Positions 59,276 through 64,000 of a stretch of DNA of 64,000 nucleotides are shown here, piece after piece. The position numbers and the translations under genes were made by a program. Numbering within the stretch: the first letter of the stretch is position 1; each line of letters begins with the position of its first letter. The notes beneath the pieces were generated by a model, which was not told the DNA's origin, searched no databases, and saw only the letters and a list, made by a program, of their open reading frames with translations. The DNA is from Epithemia pelagica (lineage: Eukaryota; Protista; Bacillariophyta), in NCBI GenBank assembly GCA_946965045.2, contig OX337233.1, forward strand, positions 3,348,001 to 3,412,000. Direction: 5' to 3'.

Positions 59276-60342
59276 CTAGACTGTCTGCCCACCCATCATC
59301 AGTGGGGCCTTCTCAAGAGCCATCATACGAGCAAAACATGCACTGTTCTTGTCCACAAGAGGAAGGGTTTCAATCGCATCTCCTGATCTCCAGCATGAGA
59401 TTGCTGCAATGCCCTTCGAAATGGCAACCGCGCTATGGTGTCGCGGTCCAATTCCCTGCTCTGGGAGCTGCCATACCAGGTTCCGTTGTGTGTCCAAAAC
59501 CTCAACAGAACGCATGTCTTCAGCACCTTCTCCTCCAACAACAATGAGACAAGATCCCACTCGGACCACACCATGGCTATGTCGACTGGTGCCAAGAACA
59601 AGATCCTTGTGAAACTTCCAGGATTTGTTGGTGAACGGAGATGTTGCGGTTGCATTTTGGGTTCCTTCGTTTTTGCTCCAGTCATCAAATTCCAGGTACT
59701 CCACAGAGTTCATGTACTCGAGCTCTTCGCCACCCATTCCGCCTACCACAAAGACACGTTGACCAACCACACCCATTCCAAAGTTTCGTCGAGCGGCATT
59801 TAAGGATGGTCTGGATATAATGACGCATTGACTTTCGGAGGACTGTGTGTCTAGAATATCGACCGATGCCAGAGACGTCATGCCAGGATTTCCACCCACC
59901 ACAGATGCCAGAGACGTGCCAGGATTTCCACCCGCCACAACAATGAATCGGTCTTGTACCGCGACTGCGGCACACCCACCTCTTCCACTGGACAAACGAC
60001 ACTCTAAAGTCATCCATTGTTTCGTTTCATTGTCCATGCAAGATGGACAAAGTAAATCGTCAATGTCAATCCTTTCAATCGTATCATAACCAGCACCGAT
60101 ATATTCAGAATATTGTCCACCAATGGCGTACAGAGCGCCATGACATACCACGGCTGCAAAGAACCGTCGGTCTTCGTTCATGGGTGGAGCTTCTTGCCAG
60201 TCCATTGTATCCTGGTCGACATTCAACCAAAAAACCGCATTGGAGGAAAGAAATTCATCCTCCCACGGACACAACATGTGGGTAGAAGGATTCGGATAAG
60301 AATAGCCTCCCAATACGACCAAGATCAGTCCTTGATTCTTGT
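59276..60342 (-). CDS. Kelch protein 2, 5'-truncated, unit 4
   Basis: Frame open. Confidence 0.75.
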
Positions 60343-60755
60343 CAGTTCATTGGCAAACACTTCAAGCTGTTTGATGCAGTCGTTCATTGTGAGGTGTGTG
60401 ATGCGCCACAGTCGCTCAAGATGTACAGTTGTCCTCTTCTTACCTGGTGCTCAAATTCATTCGTCTCATCTTGGCGGACGTAATACCACGTTCCTGCAGC
60501 AGTGGCAAGGGCAAGAAGGGCCAGGACCACATATACACCAACTTTGGACCGGACGACAGCTTTGGTCTCCTCCTTGGCAATCTGGAGATTTGAAGACTCG
60601 GAAGTTTGTGTGCCGTGGCCATTCGATGATGAACCCTCGTCCATCGGGCCATCGTCTCGATGCACCGCTCCCTCCGAAGATTCCGAGCTGTCCTCTGTTG
60701 TTACTCGACCAAGTTCGATCAAAGTAGGATCCTCATGGCTTTCATGACGGTTCAT
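60343..60755 (-). pseudogene. Duplicated cyclase exon 1 + start of exon 2, unit 5
   Basis: Copy of 5033-5445. Confidence 0.9.
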
Positions 60756-61801
60756 GATGACAAGAAAACTGAAAGCAATGTGTAGTTTGCAAGGATGAAC
60801 TTTGCTTTATGAGTTTTGTGGCATGAGTTTTTTTCTCTCGACCACTTTTTCTCGTCGTTGGGTCTCTACCCTACACATTATCTTTTCATCGGGGTGTCAA
60901 TGGGCATTATCCCTATCAACAACCATCTCCAATGTTCTGAGGATCTGTTCTTTGTGCATGAGCTGGTACGGATGTGATATATACAATACCTTGACCTTAC
61001 CATTGGTGCAGTCCAAAGTCGGAAGGATGCCCTGCCATATTCTCAGGAGCGGATGTAGCGAAGGCGTGTTCTCATAAGCTACGGTGATAAGTGGTGTTTG
61101 ACGGTTTCAGAAAGAATGTCGATTCTCTGCAACCAACCACCAAGGGCGATCTAATCGTGTCTTGGTAGGGGGAGAAAGAAACATTTTGACAATATGATCT
61201 GAACTGATCTGAACTCACGGAGATCGATTCTTGAGAATCACTGATGGGATTATGGCCACGGTCCTCTTTCTCTGATTTCCAAGAAGGCATGACGAAAGCG
61301 GGCATAACAGGGCGATAGAGTACCGTCGCAGCAATCTACTTGGTTCCTACGTCGAATGGCCTGCCATTCGAGGCATAACTCGCGACAGCATCACAAAAGA
61401 CTAGTGAGCCCAGGATATGCGAACACTTTGGTTTGCTACGGAGTATATGATTTGATATCGGCAATCGGAAGCCTAGTTTGAGAAGTCAGACGGGACCCGA
61501 GTCCCGTACAAAAGTCGTTCAGTCGTGGTACACGTTTCTAATCACGACTTTGACGCGACTTCTTTCAATTTCTGTCGTATCTTCCGCTCCGTTTTGTGAG
61601 AATGCCATGGCTCGTGTACCAGCTTGGGGTGTTTGGTACCGGGTATGGGCCGAAATGGCAGTCGAGTAGCATTGCAAGCTGGGTGGACGGGGGAAGCGGA
61701 AGCTTGGTCCCATGGTCGTGGTTAAGCGGCTCATTCGGGTGGTGGGTGGTGGTGATGTGATTGTTTGTGTGCACTTGGTGGGACTGTGGACCTGCATGCA
61801 C

Positions 61802-61921
61802 AAGACCAATTTGTGAGAGAGTCCAACTCAACAAAAGTGAAAAAACGATACAGAGCGTTACAATAGACTGTTCATCGGTTTTTCGGTTTTGTTGAGTGAT
61901 GCGCTCTCACAAATTGGTCTT
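61802..61921. repeat. 120-bp foldback, unit 5
   Basis: Copy of 6482-6601. Confidence 0.8.
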
Positions 61922-61922
61922 T

Positions 61923-62331
61923 CTGCGAGTCCCACGCTCTGACTTTGCTTCATGTTGCAGCTCCGGGTTTATTGTCTCTATGAGAGAAGCGACAATGACA
62001 ATAGGTCTACATACTTTCATACTTTTTCACCCATGAACCTGTATTTTATAGTCGTCTACATGGCTATCCTCGTTTCCGTTCCTTTGGACTCTGTCTTGGA
62101 CTCTGTCTCGGTTGTGCCTCTCTCATCGAGGGAGTATGCACAAGTTTGTTGGTCATCGTGTACGCCATATCTTCGGATGGGACCTTCCCTTCGGTTCCAA
62201 CTCTGTGACGCTTGAAACCCGTCGTCGTTAATACCCCAGGCAAAGCAAAAGAGACACAGGATCCTGTCACAAGACCATTCCATCTCGCCGCGCCACCCAA
62301 CCTGAATCTTCACATGGAATGTTTTGGATCA
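61923..62331 (+). repeat. Left inverted-repeat arm, unit 5
   Basis: Copy of 6603-7011. Confidence 0.85.
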
Positions 62332-62349
62332 TCTGCCAGATGTTGGGTG

Positions 62350-64000
62350 TGCGGTACCCCTGTATGGATCCCGCCATACGTGTCACCACGTTCCATTCCC
62401 GGTTCGCGTTCTTGACACTGCGATATGAATCTTCCGCCATCTGGCTGTTCCTCCTCCAGTCATTTCTCGTCGCACGTGGCTGTGGATTCCTCATTCCCCC
62501 TAATTCCTCGTAAATTCCTAAAGATCACAATTTTTTATACCGTGCTATTTTACATGGGTATGGCACTCTGATCAGAAGCTCGAAAACTTCCCCCAACACT
62601 CTTTCACCATAACCACCTGCCGTTCTTTGGCCGATCCTCGTTGATCTTATCATCCTTTGATTCCTTTCCTTTTCTTTCTTTTGCAGTCTCATCATGAGCA
62701 CAGGATCTTCCCTCGTCTCCCTTGCGGATGTTCAACGCTTCCAAAAGCGCTTCGATCAAGCCTCGGCTTCAGATTCTTCCTCTGCTCTTTCCACCCTCAA
62801 GTTGAAAGACGACGACGATGACAAGTACTACGTCCGTCTCTTGCCATTCCGAGATGGCGTGGATGAAGAGCCCTCGAATCTCTTCCTGTGGGTCCTCCAT
62901 TTTGTTGACAAGGTCAAGATCTCCGGTCATCCAGAGCCCTTTGCTGCCTGCTGCACCTACTTTCCCCGTGTTACCACAAGTCTCGTAGCGGACAAGTTCC
63001 ATGATGCATTCCAGGCCTTGCCTGATGGCGCCGACCTCGATGAGGCGTGTTTCAAACGGTTGATTGCTATGATCTTCGAACCCAAGTTGACGGTTTCCGA
63101 AGTCAATGCCTTTCGGGCACACCTTCTTAGCGGTCCTCGCAAGCCACCTGATATGAACGTGGATATCCATTATCACACCCTCCAGAAGATTTCCAACGGT
63201 CTCCGTTACTTGTCTAACGACAACGCTGTCCAAGCCCTCACTGACGATGAGTTGAAGCAAGCCTTCTATCTCGGCTCCCCTGTTGCTTGGCGCAACGAGT
63301 TCAAGACGGCCAATCCCTTGGTTGCAGATTTGGTGAATCATTTCAACATCACCGACCTTCTTCATGCGATGCGTGGCTATCAAAAGGTCTCCCAAGAAAA
63401 GATGGCTGCCAATGCACAGTCCCAGGCCAAGTCCCGCAATCCTCGCGATGATTCCACTTCTCGCGGTTCCACGAAGCGTTTTCGCTCCTCTAATGGTGGC
63501 CGTGGCGGTCTCCGCGGCGGCAATCGCCAGTCCAATGGTGGACGCCAAGCGTCCGGTGATCGTCCCGTCAATGACGGCGATGCCTGTCCTTACAAGGACG
63601 CGATTCCTTCGCACGCCAATCATACTTGGGCCAACTGCATCTACAACCCGCAGTCCTCCAATTTTAACCAAGAGCGTTTCAACGCCTTTCTTGCCCGTAC
63701 CGGGTCTGGTCTTCGTACCGCTACTGGGTCTCATCCCAACAATGGTTCTCAGAACCAAGGCCGTAACGGCCAAGGCTCTCGTAGCCAGGGAACTCCCTCG
63801 TCTGAAGGATCGCGCCCTATTGGTTCCAGTTGGGGCGCTGTTCCCCGTCGTTCTGGATCTGGCTCAGACCAGCATGCCTCTGAAGGCACCAGCACAGGCG
63901 ACAATCCACCGGTTGATCCGTCGTTGGCCGAGCCGTTGCCTTCTGTGCAAGACGCGGCTTATCGTGCTCGTCAACGCCCTCTCACTGATATCCGTGATTG
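62350..64000 (+). mobile_element. Second, related Ty3/Gypsy element (5' LTR ~62350-62565 + gag start), unit 5
   Basis: Unit sequence breaks after GGGTG into TGCGGTACCC; LTR ends ATGGGTATGGCA like Gypsy 1; the 3' end and TSD lie outside the window. Confidence 0.9.
62694..64000 (+). CDS. Gypsy Gag (partial, open to window end)
   Basis: MSTGSSLVSLADVQRFQ...LKLKDDDDDKYY...LFLWVLHFVDK...CPY...H.NH.W..CIYNP; clearly homologous to but diverged from the Gypsy 1 Gag. Confidence 0.9.
   Translation, partial: MSTGSSLVSLADVQRFQKRFDQASASDSSSALSTLKLKDDDDDKYYVRLLPFRDGVDEEPSNLFLWVLHFVDKVKISGHPEPFAACCTYFPRVTTSLVADKFHDAFQALPDGADLDEACFKRLIAMIFEPKLTVSEVNAFRAHLLSGPRKPPDMNVDIHYHTLQKISNGLRYLSNDNAVQALTDDELKQAFYLGSPVAWRNEFKTANPLVADLVNHFNITDLLHAMRGYQKVSQEKMAANAQSQAKSRNPRDDSTSRGSTKRFRSSNGGRGGLRGGNRQSNGGRQASGDRPVNDGDACPYKDAIPSHANHTWANCIYNPQSSNFNQERFNAFLARTGSGLRTATGSHPNNGSQNQGRNGQGSRSQGTPSSEGSRPIGSSWGAVPRRSGSGSDQHASEGTSTGDNPPVDPSLAEPLPSVQDAAYRARQRPLTDIRD

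Larger units (their letters stand above)
5033..64000. repeat. Head-to-tail tandem array of a ~9.8-kb segment (>=5 units, runs off the window)
   Basis: CAGTTCATTGGCAAACAC starts each unit at 5033, 14822, 30847, 47008 and 60343; near-identical ORF sets recur; unit lengths 9789, 16025, 16161, 13335 and >3650 are explained by TE insertions and deletions. Confidence 0.97.

Noticed and set aside
62769-63773. 334-aa minus-strand ORF
   Set aside because: Antisense to Gypsy 2 gag; no independent evidence.
5033-64000. Whole array as an assembly artefact
   Set aside because: Units differ by private TE insertions with clean TSDs, deletions and SNPs; unlikely to be an artefact, though read-level confirmation is still needed.

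Overview
Eukaryotic nuclear DNA, most likely from a diatom (inference from short GT-AG introns, a membrane guanylate cyclase-phosphodiesterase fusion gene and CoDi-type Copia motifs). Bases 1-5445 hold the 3' end of a mitochondrial carrier gene and an 8-exon receptor guanylate cyclase/PDE gene with a 1-bp frameshift. From 5033 to the end is a head-to-tail array of a ~9.8-kb unit (4 complete units plus a partial fifth, starting at 5033, 14822, 30847, 47008 and 60343). Every unit is joined by the same junction, which fuses the cyclase 5' end to a truncated Kelch gene. The unit carries: a 120-bp foldback; a ~2.9-kb cassette bounded by ~410-bp inverted repeats that encloses an intronless PD-(D/E)xK nuclease + protein kinase ORF (Crinkler/CR-effector-like) and captured fragments of a polo-like kinase and a cyclase; a LURP-one/Tubby-like gene; and Kelch genes. 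Units 2 and 3 share one Copia insertion, which lacks a tRNA-type PBS and instead has a 14-nt PBS perfectly complementary to its own LTR (Tf1-like self-priming geometry). Units 4 and 5 carry two different, related Gypsy elements inserted just upstream of the nuclease-kinase ORF. Best leads: the inverted-repeat nuclease-kinase cassette and the self-priming Copia. Family assignments are from motif recognition by eye; no database search was run.
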